Position numbers and translations under genes: made by a program. From NCBI GenBank assembly GCA_003707115.1, contig PPNB01000014.1, positions 1-64,000 of the forward strand: DNA of 64,000 nt, read 5' to 3'. The DNA comes from Tortispora ganteri (lineage: Eukaryota). Numbering within the stretch: position 1 is the stretch's first letter; the number at the start of each line of letters is the position of its first letter. Of the stretch, positions 52,364 to 62,394 are shown piece after piece. The notes beneath the pieces are model-generated. The model was given only the letters and a program-made list of their open reading frames with translations. It did no database searches and had not been told where the DNA came from.

Positions 52364-52592
52364 ATTAATAGGATAAACAATGCAAATTAAAGGCTGGTTT
52401 AGTCACTGGAAGCGTGGCTTCCTCCAAGGTGGAGCCGTGGGGGGCTAGTCCAGGTAATAGTGGGGGCGCGTGAGGGAATTTGTGCGGCTGGAGACCACAT
52501 GACCTCATTGTCAGAACTACTTACCTACAAACCATGTCATATTTCTTATTGGATTCATATTAAGTAGTTTTTCGTGACTGTTATTGTGTTTA

Positions 52593-54554
52593 TTATTGCT
52601 GTGACTGTGACTGTTCAGCGTCGCGTAGTTCCTGTGCCAGAATTTTCTCTTGCTCGCGCATCCGCCGCTCGAACTCCTCGCAACCTTCGATCAATGGGTA
52701 CCGTCGCCGAGCTTGCTGGTACTGCTTGAACTCGACAATAGGACGCACATTGGTGATCTTGACACAGTTACGTAACTCGAGAACGGTCAAGTTCGGCATG
52801 TACATAAGTACTTTGGGGATTGATGCATCTGTGAGTGCTTCACAATAATTCAACGACAATCGTTCGATACCACTGCCGCGTAGTAGCGCTATTTCCCAGA
52901 TCGCGCGGTCATCAATTGCACAACCAGCGAGTCCTAGCGTATCTACGACTGTACGCCGCGTGATTGCAGATACACCTCGTCGTGTAATCCGGTGAGCACC
53001 GCTAGTACGTCCGACGTTCAGCATCTTCAAGCGACGACACCTTTTCGCAATTGCGATCAGACCTATGTCAGATACGAGTTCACATGCTCGTAAATCAAGC
53101 ACCTCTAACAGAGGACATTCCTTGCTAATCATTGACAGCACTGTGTCTTCGATCTGGCTGCATCCCGGCAGCACTAGTTTCGTGATCTGTCCGCCGCGCA
53201 GTAACGCCCTGGTCGGCGTCAATCTGGAGCACGTATAGAACTCAAGCCAGCGAATTCTACCACCTAGACTAGCAATAACCTCCAATTCTTCTTGCCGTGC
53301 GTCCTTCACTTTATGCAGAACAAAAACTGTCGGTTTGGTTTCATTAATCAGTCTGTTCTCCGTACTAGCGCGTATCTCTCGTTGCAGAATTATAGATTCT
53401 AAGAAAAGGTTCCAGGTTGAGTTATCAGAAAAGTGTATGCGTGAGTAAAGCACACGTGATGCCGCTAAATTCCACGTCTTGCATACTAGCATACAATTGA
53501 ATAGACCTGCCCCTATCCGTTTGTGCGTGCCTTGCTTGATTTGCATATTTTCACGCTCTTCGCGTTTCGCAGCTTCCCAAACTTCTTTGGCTTTGTCAAA
53601 ATCGTTGTATATGAGCAGCGCATGTTCAAAGGACAAAGGCCGGCGTCTAGCTGGCGGCGCTTCATGTGGTATGTAGTTGCTTTCATCCAGCATCATGAAT
53701 ATCTGGTACATGATTTCAGGGATCATGAATATCTTGTGCGGGCGGCAATTTTTAAGTTCTTTCTGTTGCTCGCATTGTTCTGGAATGCTTACTGGCATAA
53801 TATCCTGACATGTCTCCTCCAAAGACACACCCGAGACTAGGCGCGGGTCTACCTTGACTTTGTCGTCTCCAAATCGCATCATCGGCATGCGACGCAGCGT
53901 CCGTGGGCTTGAGCTCGGTGTAGGTGGGGTGCATGTTTCGTTAGCACCAGGTAAGTCTTGAGTCACGCGGCGTGTCTGGCTATAGCTGCAGCTGGTGGTG
54001 CTACTCCTGCTACTAGGGCCTGCACTTGGCGTCAAAGGAGGTGTAGCGTACGCGGACGACCCGCTGAACTTTCTAGAATGCGTCAACGGTGGTGTCAATG
54101 GGCAAGAGTCCGGGGACGCGGCAGAGAACCGCGTTTTAACGAACATCGATGAGATCGCCGGCGGTTCATCTGTTGGTGTGATGAGCGCTGGGTCATCCGG
54201 GTAGTCTACCTGGCGAGTCAAATTTCGGTCTACAGATAGTTTGATTCTGGGTCGTTGCGACGACTGATCTTCGAAATCTTTGGACAATGTCTGCGGTGAT
54301 GACGGGTTAGACGTTCCAACGGTACTAGACGACGACAAATTACGGCTGTTGCTGCCGCTGAGCTTTCGCGGAATAATTGAACGAATATCCCATTTGGTGT
54401 TGTTCCAATTCAGCGAAGTATGCAAATGCCGTTTGTGACGACCTCCTGGAGCCAATTGAGTCTCTGAGTAGCTATGATCCTGCTGATCATGTTCACTATG
54501 TGATGTTGAAGTTGAGGTGGAAGGTTGCTGAAGCGATGGCCAGTTGGAAGCCAT
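52593..54554 (-). CDS. AMN1: Amn1-like LRR / atypical F-box protein
   Basis: IF.IPEI..I, RRRPLSFEHALLIY and LFNCMLVCKTW motifs; LRRs (LDLRACE.VSD.G). Confidence 0.85.
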   Translation of the reverse strand: MASNWPSLQQPSTSTSTSHSEHDQQDHSYSETQLAPGGRHKRHLHTSLNWNNTKWDIRSIIPRKLSGSNSRNLSSSSTVGTSNPSSPQTLSKDFEDQSSQRPRIKLSVDRNLTRQVDYPDDPALITPTDEPPAISSMFVKTRFSAASPDSCPLTPPLTHSRKFSGSSAYATPPLTPSAGPSSRSSTTSCSYSQTRRVTQDLPGANETCTPPTPSSSPRTLRRMPMMRFGDDKVKVDPRLVSGVSLEETCQDIMPVSIPEQCEQQKELKNCRPHKIFMIPEIMYQIFMMLDESNYIPHEAPPARRRPLSFEHALLIYNDFDKAKEVWEAAKREERENMQIKQGTHKRIGAGLFNCMLVCKTWNLAASRVLYSRIHFSDNSTWNLFLESIILQREIRASTENRLINETKPTVFVLHKVKDARQEELEVIASLGGRIRWLEFYTCSRLTPTRALLRGGQITKLVLPGCSQIEDTVLSMISKECPLLEVLDLRACELVSDIGLIAIAKRCRRLKMLNVGRTSGAHRITRRGVSAITRRTVVDTLGLAGCAIDDRAIWEIALLRGSGIERLSLNYCEALTDASIPKVLMYMPNLTVLELRNCVKITNVRPIVEFKQYQQARRRYPLIEGCEEFERRMREQEKILAQELRDAEQSQSQQ

Positions 54555-55383
54555 GCTTGTGCGCGTCTATTAATGATATCAACAATCTATGAATCAAATA
54601 GCGATATGTCTCTACAAAGTATTTTCTGTGAGAGAAAGGGAGAAGCGGAGATCTAAAGACAAGGCGAAAGGACAGAGCGAAAGAACGCAGGGGAGACTCA
54701 AGAGAAGTTGAAAGGAAGGAATGAGAAAGGGTTGCAGAAGAGTATGCAGGTTTTTCTTTTACTTTTGATTATATAAAAAGAGCAAAGAACAATCTGCATA
54801 AGCTGTTAAAAGAAATTTCGGCCAATAAGCAGCGTGATTAGCATCGTTGAACGGGGCTGGGATGGCTGGCTATTACCATATCGGGAAATCCAATATAACC
54901 AAATGAGGAAATCTGGCGCTTGGGGTGTTAACTCTAAAACTACTTTGCGACAAGACAAATGGCTAGAATGCCGCATGTAAACTATGTTTTTTTTATTTTT
55001 TTATTATTTTGAAGCTTTTGGCTGGTCAATTAATATCTATAGAAATAACGCAACTATTAAATTTTTTAGGTTTTCTTGATCATAGCTGGATATGCAGATC
55101 TGCTGCTTTCGTGCATGCGATCTAGTATAAGGTTCCTTGGGGGGTTGGTCATCTCTTGCGTATATTTGTTCCTCTATAGTTCAGCTACAAATATATACAA
55201 TTATTAATATCTTAAAATGCTAATTATACTAAATATATCTTACCAATGAATGCGTTTATAATTGTATTAATGCTGTAGTGATTATATGTATTGCCCGAAT
55301 ACATAACGTGCCTGGTTCTAACTAGTTCGTTAACCCGCCGCCCAATAAGTAACTCTATTAGTGACTATACGGACTGGCCTATT

Positions 55384-55941
55384 ATGTCCGCTGGCGATAC
55401 TATTAATGCGCTACAGCGACGTATCGACAGGATCGAACGTTTAGTGGGTACTATAGACTCTTCAAAGACATTTGTAGAACGTGTAGATGTTCTGTCGACG
55501 CGTCTTGACGCGTTGTTGCTACAAAAACACCAAATAAACACTTTGTTGCCTTCTTTACAACTTGCAATGCAGAAATATATCATGATAATACCCTCAAATG
55601 ACTCTATTAATAATACCGATACTAAAAGACTTGAAATACTCGCTCATGCTGACATTTTCGCCGAGACATCGCAATTGGCCGCTAAAGCGGTTAATCTATA
55701 CGTGCAACTACACTCTCTGGACCTGGCACAGTTAGCATCTAAACAGACACAAATCATGTCTTTATCATCGAAACTCACATTATTGTTTGATAAGTACACT
55801 TATACGTTTAAATTAGCTGCGCTTCTCATGGCTTTGTACGCATCTCATTGCGCAGAAACTTCAATCAAGTGGGAATCTGCGTACGCACAACTACGCGTTA
55901 TAGAACGGTCTGAGAAATGTTTAGATTCATTACAAAAATAG
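55384..55941 (+). CDS. Probable dynactin p24/p22 subunit (DCTN3/RO10-like) coiled-coil protein
   Basis: N-terminal LQRRIDRIERLVG and internal KRLEILA resemble DCTN3; 185 aa and helical. First ATG is at 55384. Confidence 0.5.
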   Translation: MSAGDTINALQRRIDRIERLVGTIDSSKTFVERVDVLSTRLDALLLQKHQINTLLPSLQLAMQKYIMIIPSNDSINNTDTKRLEILAHADIFAETSQLAAKAVNLYVQLHSLDLAQLASKQTQIMSLSSKLTLLFDKYTYTFKLAALLMALYASHCAETSIKWESAYAQLRVIERSEKCLDSLQK

Positions 55942-56019
55942 TACTCTTGAATAGCTAGTCGCTGTCATAGGAAGTCATATACTATATCATAATACATCTA
56001 CTTTGTGAAGTTTCAACAT

Positions 56020-58617
56020 TCATCCCCCCTTTCGGGGCTCTGCAGCAGCTTTCATTGTATCCAATCCGTTATGAACATCGTTTTCAGCTTCCGCTTGGTG
56101 AGCATATTGCTCTTTCATTTTTTTCCGTTGATTCTTCGTCGTAGACACAATCCATTCAGAACTATCCTTCTTCGGAACGGTCGCAATCGAAGGCGAAGAA
56201 AGCCTGTCAGGCTCTGAGGGCGCTTCTGACTTCATCATTGTTTCATTCGCATTGATAGAATTACCTTTACAGGAGTCACCATTAACCTTTGCAGAACTAT
56301 TTTGCTGTTGCGGCTGTGGCTGCATGGCCGCCGTAGACGCTGCAGCTGCTTTCCCAGATGAAATAACCACATCCGCATACGACATCGTGAATTCCGGCCG
56401 GCCTTTCGTATAAGTGCTGTTTTCCAATAATGAAGGCTCGTTCTTCACATTGAATGGGTCAGAAGTATTAGACATATCCTTCAGTGCTTTCACATTAGAG
56501 TCTTTCCTAGCATGTGACGTGCTATTGTTGCCACGTTTTCTAGGCTTAAGTTGCTCAGCGGCAGTACTGGTCTGTTTTGTCATATCTTCTGCAGTTCGAT
56601 GCTTAGAACTGTTGTTTTGTTGCTGAATCTTAGTTTTCCGGTTAGCATTAGGATCGTGCGAGTTAGCTCTTCTAAAGTTTTGCTTTGGGTGTATTTGTCC
56701 GTCAGATGCACGATACAATCGATTCGCATCATGCGGTTTCCCATAGCCTGGAACGTACTGCTGTGGAACAGTGTACCCGTAAACACCAGGTGAATGGTAA
56801 AAGTGTTGGTACGGAAATAACGCCGGCATACCATTCGAGGCGATTCCTTGTGGCAAACTTGCAGCATAGACGGGGCCATAATATAGCTGTCCATCCCCTG
56901 AAGTGAAATGTTGCATAGTTGGTTGTGGCATTATACTCGTATAGAATGCCGGAACTTGCTCCTGGATAGGTGTATGCATGTTAGCAGGAGAAATGTTCAA
57001 GTTATCCATGGTAGCATGAGTATTTTTGGGGCTCGGCGAAGGGAATTCGTATGGCTCTAAAACTTGATGTAGATCACCGGAAGCAGACAGTATTTGACAC
57101 GCACGGCGAAATTCGAGTTGTAAACCCTTAACAGAAATTTCATCTGCAGTATTACCTATGTTCCTTGAAATGTTGAAAGGCTCTTCGACACAAAAGCTGT
57201 TGTTCTGCATAAGATGCCAGCCTTTGTTGGATTTTGATATCAGTTTGCCAGTGCGTATAGAAATGCACATTGAGTCGTAAGGAAACTTGTAGCCGTAAAA
57301 CTCAAAGAACTGGTATAATAGTTCTCCGAGAGATTGCTTATTCTTTCGAGCCATAGGCTGAAGATATGCCAGATCGTCGCAAAACTCCGAACAGGCGTCT
57401 TTGGCACAAATATGCCATAGTTCAGGATGATTTTTAGAGATAGACTTGTAGTTTGTGGAAACTTTAGCGTTATTTGCCGCTATCTTGTGTAACGAGGGTA
57501 TTAGTGGAGGCGTTCGAAGTTGAAGGAAACCGATTATTAAGCAAAGCCAGGTATAGGAAGAAAGAGTAGCACCAAAAGCGGCATCATTGAGAGCTCGAAG
57601 TTTGGTCCAGTGTTTTATAACTAGAGCCAGTACTCTGACTCTTGGGTCTGTTTGAACGTATGTTTTGATCATATAGGTATTTTGTAGAGCCATAGTGTTG
57701 TTGAAGTTAATATCACATGCGACATTAAATTCCGGGTCCCAAAATTTAGCAATAGGAACTTTGGCACGAGAAATGCATATTATGCGTTCCATACCGGCAT
57801 CTTTGAGCGTTCGGCAAAGTTCGCAAATATCTTCAATTTCCTTGTGCGAGGTTATAATGCAGAGATCGACATCAGAATCAGAGGTAGAGAGGAGGTTCTC
57901 AGAAGAACCGAAAGGTTTGACAATAAGGTCTATTTGAGGCCATTTTGCAGTGAGTATTTTCTGAATTTTTTGAGTAAATTCAATCCTATTCTGAAGAACA
58001 AGTTTTGAAGGCAGGAGGTTATTGTAAACCATATTTATGTCGCGCGAGATTTCTTCGAAGGAGTCAGCAGAAGGCGTAGCAGGAGGGTTCTGCTTCTCTA
58101 GCGGGTCGTTACCAAGAGAGTATGGCATGCGTCTTTTGCCTACGGGTAGGCCGGTTTCATACGGACACGTGAAACTGCTCTTAATGCTGGAGGTGTCAGG
58201 TGAGTGTGAGGAATGTGATGAGGAGCGCTTGGAGGGAAATGTTACTGTGGCGGCTGCGGCTGTTTCTGGATAGTATATGGGTTTGCCATTCGGGTTCGAT
58301 ATCCTGACTGACGAGTTAGGGTGCGAAAAGTCTTCTGGAGTCGGTAAGCCTGAGTACGCTGCTGGCGCGAAGCCGTATGCAGGATAGTATGAGTTAGTGC
58401 GGGCGAAAGGTGCAACGGGAAAGTAGCAGATAGGGTGTGAATGATGAAGCATTTGCGGTATGTGGCCTGGGCGAGAGTTAGAGATAGGTGGGCTCGAGGA
58501 CGGGCTTAATGCAAGGTCAGACTTTGGACTGGACGGTGCATCTGCGGATCTATCCGCAGAAGAGGACATGGTCGGTGAGAGTACAGGAGCAGGGGTGTTT
58601 GGGGACTGCACGCTCAT
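56020..58617 (-). CDS. Non-canonical RNA nucleotidyltransferase (Cid13/Cid11/CutA-like)
   Basis: PFGSS..SDSDVDLC catalytic motif, AKVPIAK, CDIN.NN, GATLSSY and VEEPFNISRNIGN nucleotide-recognition motif. Confidence 0.9.
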   Translation of the reverse strand: MSVQSPNTPAPVLSPTMSSSADRSADAPSSPKSDLALSPSSSPPISNSRPGHIPQMLHHSHPICYFPVAPFARTNSYYPAYGFAPAAYSGLPTPEDFSHPNSSVRISNPNGKPIYYPETAAAATVTFPSKRSSSHSSHSPDTSSIKSSFTCPYETGLPVGKRRMPYSLGNDPLEKQNPPATPSADSFEEISRDINMVYNNLLPSKLVLQNRIEFTQKIQKILTAKWPQIDLIVKPFGSSENLLSTSDSDVDLCIITSHKEIEDICELCRTLKDAGMERIICISRAKVPIAKFWDPEFNVACDINFNNTMALQNTYMIKTYVQTDPRVRVLALVIKHWTKLRALNDAAFGATLSSYTWLCLIIGFLQLRTPPLIPSLHKIAANNAKVSTNYKSISKNHPELWHICAKDACSEFCDDLAYLQPMARKNKQSLGELLYQFFEFYGYKFPYDSMCISIRTGKLISKSNKGWHLMQNNSFCVEEPFNISRNIGNTADEISVKGLQLEFRRACQILSASGDLHQVLEPYEFPSPSPKNTHATMDNLNISPANMHTPIQEQVPAFYTSIMPQPTMQHFTSGDGQLYYGPVYAASLPQGIASNGMPALFPYQHFYHSPGVYGYTVPQQYVPGYGKPHDANRLYRASDGQIHPKQNFRRANSHDPNANRKTKIQQQNNSSKHRTAEDMTKQTSTAAEQLKPRKRGNNSTSHARKDSNVKALKDMSNTSDPFNVKNEPSLLENSTYTKGRPEFTMSYADVVISSGKAAAASTAAMQPQPQQQNSSAKVNGDSCKGNSINANETMMKSEAPSEPDRLSSPSIATVPKKDSSEWIVSTTKNQRKKMKEQYAHQAEAENDVHNGLDTMKAAAEPRKGG

Positions 58618-59099
58618 TTAACAAGCAGGTAGCGTTAAGAATGAAAAGCGAGAGTGCGAGCTGAAAGGTACAAGAGCGGTGGCGGTAAGACAACGCGGCG
58701 AGATAGATGGCCGAAAGCGAGAGATTTGTCTGTTATTTGCGGCGCGTTTAGCGGCGAAGCAGACGGTCGAAGGGTACAGATGTTAGATGCGTCGCGCAAA
58801 TTCGGCGACACAGATATGTCAATCTGTTCTGAGAAATAATAAGACAGGTAGGATAGAAAGATCTGACCGCTTTCCGGGAGTTAGTCCAAAAGTGTGAACA
58901 GATAAACTTGTATGCAGTCTCTAAAAGAAGAGGGAAGTACAGAAATGGGTTTCGGTGTTGTATTGACCAATAGGGAACTGCTGTTGCGGGGTTAAAGTTT
59001 ATTGTGACTATGAAGTTCAGTAAGACCGGTTGGAACTGGTTGCAAATATTTGGTTTTTTTTTTCTTTTTTATTTATTTTTACGAAATTGAGGATCAGAT

Positions 59100-60137
59100 A
59101 TGAAACGTGTACACGAGAAAGAGGATCTGGAGATCGATCTGACTGCTCCTGCGCCTGCAAGCAAAAAAGAGCTGCGGTTACTGAAGAAGGCCAAAAAACT
59201 TGATCCTGACGCTACGCTCGAGGAGATCAGACGTAAAGAAGCCAAAAATAGAGTAGAATCAGCAACATCTATCAATGACACATCGGATCTGTTTAACGAA
59301 CCTTTGCAGGAAATAGAAAAGGAAACGAAACCTTTATACGGTGTTTGGATCGGTAACCTGGCCTATGAGACAACAAAAACTGAACTTGTTGCGCTTCTTA
59401 ATGAAAAGATCAGAATCTCTGCTATTGTCAGAGTAAACATCCCCTATAAACATGGCCGCTGTAAAGGATTTGCATATGTTGATTTCGAAGACGCAGAGTC
59501 ACGAGATCTGGCTATTGCAATGTCTGAATCAGAGTTGCTCGGCAGAAATCTTCTCATCAAAGATGCCTATATTGACGATGAACATACTGCAAAGACCGCA
59601 GCACCTGCAACCAAACTATACGTAGGAAACCTGCCTGCTGGAACAACTAAAAGCAATCTGAAGGAGCATTTTAGCTCTTTAGGCGAGATAAAATCTGTGT
59701 CACAAGTGTGGAATGTCCGCAAAGCTGATTTCACTACTGCCTACGCATTTGTCAATTTTGTTAATCCCGATCAGCTGCAAACTGCATTGTCAGACCCAAA
59801 ATTCCTCACATTAGAGGGGAAAACTCTTAATCTATCTGCTGCAACGAAATCGGTAAAGGGATCAAATCCGTCGAAGACTTTTCATAGACTATCTTCTGGA
59901 CTTGAGTCTCGTGATCCGCCTCCTGTTCGATCCTCGGCACCACGGTTAGAATATGACCACCCAAAACGCCCACAAAGCCCTGAACAAAAGCACCAAAAGC
60001 AGGAATCTGCGCGTGATAATCGTGAAAGGACAAAACGAAACGAAAAGGCGAGCTCGAAACGCATAGACACGTCTCGTCCTTCGGGTAAAGCGAAAGGCGT
60101 GATCGTTGCAGGACAGGGCAAGAAGATTACATTCTAA
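59100..60137 (+). CDS. NOP13: Nucleolar two-RRM protein (Nop13/Rnp24-like)
   Basis: LEIDL..P.SKKELR, YGVWIGNL, KGFAYVDF, GRNLLIKD and C-terminal QGKKITF motifs. Confidence 0.85.
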   Translation: MKRVHEKEDLEIDLTAPAPASKKELRLLKKAKKLDPDATLEEIRRKEAKNRVESATSINDTSDLFNEPLQEIEKETKPLYGVWIGNLAYETTKTELVALLNEKIRISAIVRVNIPYKHGRCKGFAYVDFEDAESRDLAIAMSESELLGRNLLIKDAYIDDEHTAKTAAPATKLYVGNLPAGTTKSNLKEHFSSLGEIKSVSQVWNVRKADFTTAYAFVNFVNPDQLQTALSDPKFLTLEGKTLNLSAATKSVKGSNPSKTFHRLSSGLESRDPPPVRSSAPRLEYDHPKRPQSPEQKHQKQESARDNRERTKRNEKASSKRIDTSRPSGKAKGVIVAGQGKKITF

Positions 60138-60270
60138 ACGATTAATTACGAACATATTTTGTAATGAAAAATATCTCATGAAAAAAAAAGGGATAATATG
60201 ATTCTAGAAATAAAAAAAGCTCACATATCAAGTGTTCTTCTCTGCGGACAGTTTTATTTTTGTTCTTAAA

Positions 60271-60280
60271 TATGTACAAG
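60271..60280 (-). promoter_or_regulatory. Puf3 element in the TOM70 3' UTR
   Basis: The minus strand reads CTTGTACATA, starting 6 nt after the stop. Confidence 0.5.
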
Positions 60281-60286
60281 ATTCAA

Positions 60287-62005
60287 TTAAGCTTGAGGGG
60301 CTGCTTGAGCGGCAAGGGCAGCCTGAGCATTCATAGCGGCAATTCGTGCGGCGAGTTCAGGATAATTTTCACGCAACTTGGTTTGCGATTTAGTCGCTTC
60401 CAAAAACATTAGAACTTGTGTGAGTTCTGGAATCGACCTGACAAGTGAAAGTTGCTTCTCAAAGTACTTTTCAGCTTCTTCGGGTTTACCCTCCTGCAGT
60501 GCGATTTGAGCTAATGTAGCTAATGCAGTGTCGTTCAACGGGTCTATAGTAAGAGCCTTATTGCACAGCTCCTTGGCAGGACCCGAAGCAGCAACTCCAT
60601 TAATCTGGAAAAGTGTGAGAGCCTTGTTCAGCAAGGGCATGCAGTTCATACACGTCGGATAGAGTCTTTCCTCGATGGCCATAGCACTATCAAATTGCTC
60701 CAGTGCTTTATCAAACTTCTGTAAATCTAACAACACTTCACCAAAGTAAAGTCGCGCTTCGCTGGCATCAGGATACTTTTTAATTGTGGTCTGAAACTCG
60801 CGAAGAGCGTCACCCACATTACCAAGTTTGTAATTAGTAACAGCCAATTGTATACGGGCCATTACGAAGTCAGGATCAAGATCGATTGTCTTTTGGTAGC
60901 CTTCAAGGGCTGGTGTAAAGTCGTTCGTCAAGAAGTGTACCTGCGCCTGATGGAAATAAATGTCAGGGTTCTTAGGATCAGTCGCCCGCGCCTTCTCGAA
61001 ATCAGCATTGGCCGCAACAGGATTACCCATTTCCAAAACAACATTGGCGCGCTTAACGTACAGAGAAGAAGATTCCTGCATCTTCAAGGCATCATTGAAG
61101 TCTTGCAAGGCACCTTCGGTGTCGTTCGATAAGAATTTCATAGTACCACGAAACTCCTTTGCAAAAGCCTGATGAGTAGTTCCATTTTCAATGGCCGAGT
61201 TTACAAGTTCGAATGCTTTATTGTAAAATTCATCAGTGCAAGGCTCATGTAAAACCTTCAGCGCCTCCTTTAGCTGACCATTGGCGGTGTCCGGGGTGTC
61301 AGCATCGTCGAATTTGATGGTGGGCCAATGGAAAGAGAACAAGAAGCCTCTAATGAAAGAGCGTGACGGGAGTCTGGGCTCTCTCTCCTTGCTTATCTTA
61401 ACAGCTTCTTGTTCAGCATAGGCCTTGAGCACTCTATCGATAGACTCATTAGCGTAATTGTCTTTAAAGTCTTGGCAAATGGCATAGACAGTGTAGTCGT
61501 TGATAGCATCAGCTAGTCTTCCAACATTTTCGTAGGCATTAGCTCTTCTAGAAAGAGCCTTGACATAGTAGCGATCAATAGCAATCGCTTTGTTAGAGTC
61601 TTCTATGGCTTCATCGTATTGTTTCAAGGCCATGTAGCAGGCTGCACGATTTGAGAAGTATGTAGCGTTCTGAGGATCAAGGTCAATAGCCTTAGTGTAG
61701 TACTCGATAGCTTTAGTGTAGTCTTTCTTTTTAAAGTATGTATTGCCCTCGTCCTTTACTTTCAGGGCCAAATCAGCCTTTTCAGCTTCCGGAACGGCGG
61801 CAGGGTCGATCTTTTCAAGAGGCGGAATGGCGCTTTTCGCGGAGGACGAGTCAGACTTCTTCTGTTTCTTCTTCTCGCTTTTAGGGGCTTTCGGGGTGGC
61901 ATCCCGCGAAGTGGTGTAGAGGTAGTAACCGGTACCAGCCAATGCAGCTAGACCTATGGCAGTAAAGGCAACCTTATGCTCTGAGATGAAGTTGGACGAA
62001 GACAT
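60287..62005 (-). CDS. TOM70: Mitochondrial import receptor Tom70
   Basis: N-terminal anchor (AIGLAALAGTGYYLY), TPR clamp (KDEGNTYF, YFSNRAACY) and further TPRs. Confidence 0.95.
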   Translation of the reverse strand: MSSSNFISEHKVAFTAIGLAALAGTGYYLYTTSRDATPKAPKSEKKKQKKSDSSSAKSAIPPLEKIDPAAVPEAEKADLALKVKDEGNTYFKKKDYTKAIEYYTKAIDLDPQNATYFSNRAACYMALKQYDEAIEDSNKAIAIDRYYVKALSRRANAYENVGRLADAINDYTVYAICQDFKDNYANESIDRVLKAYAEQEAVKISKEREPRLPSRSFIRGFLFSFHWPTIKFDDADTPDTANGQLKEALKVLHEPCTDEFYNKAFELVNSAIENGTTHQAFAKEFRGTMKFLSNDTEGALQDFNDALKMQESSSLYVKRANVVLEMGNPVAANADFEKARATDPKNPDIYFHQAQVHFLTNDFTPALEGYQKTIDLDPDFVMARIQLAVTNYKLGNVGDALREFQTTIKKYPDASEARLYFGEVLLDLQKFDKALEQFDSAMAIEERLYPTCMNCMPLLNKALTLFQINGVAASGPAKELCNKALTIDPLNDTALATLAQIALQEGKPEEAEKYFEKQLSLVRSIPELTQVLMFLEATKSQTKLRENYPELAARIAAMNAQAALAAQAAPQA

Positions 62006-62394
62006 TTTCTTTGCGGTTCTTTTCTTGTCTCTTCACAGAAGGGGCAGAGGTGCACAGCGGTCAGTAGTTACGTCAGCAAGCAGCTAGAATAGTTCAAGGA
62101 CCTGGTTGAACAGTAAAGTGTCGTGCAGAGCCGTTGTCGGTAGACACAGAAAATAAAATGTGGAGAAGTAAAGGAAGGAAAGCGTTTGGCGGTAAGAAAA
62201 ATAGTTATTACGGCTGTTCAGGCTTGCATAGCAACGCCGGGGAGTCCAGAGGGAGAAAAATGCACCACCAGCGATCTCCTGATTAGCTGGATAAAAACTA
62301 CGCTAAAGTTACAGGCAGTCTAAGAAAGTGAATTATAAATGGTAATATAGTTGTTATTTGAGTTGATTTATGCTATGTGTTTGGCTAGCGCGGG

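Noticed and set aside
52518..52526. TACTTACCT as the 5' end of U1 snRNA
   Set aside because: No downstream U1 stem-loops or Sm site; it is simply the complement of a donor-like GTAAGT.
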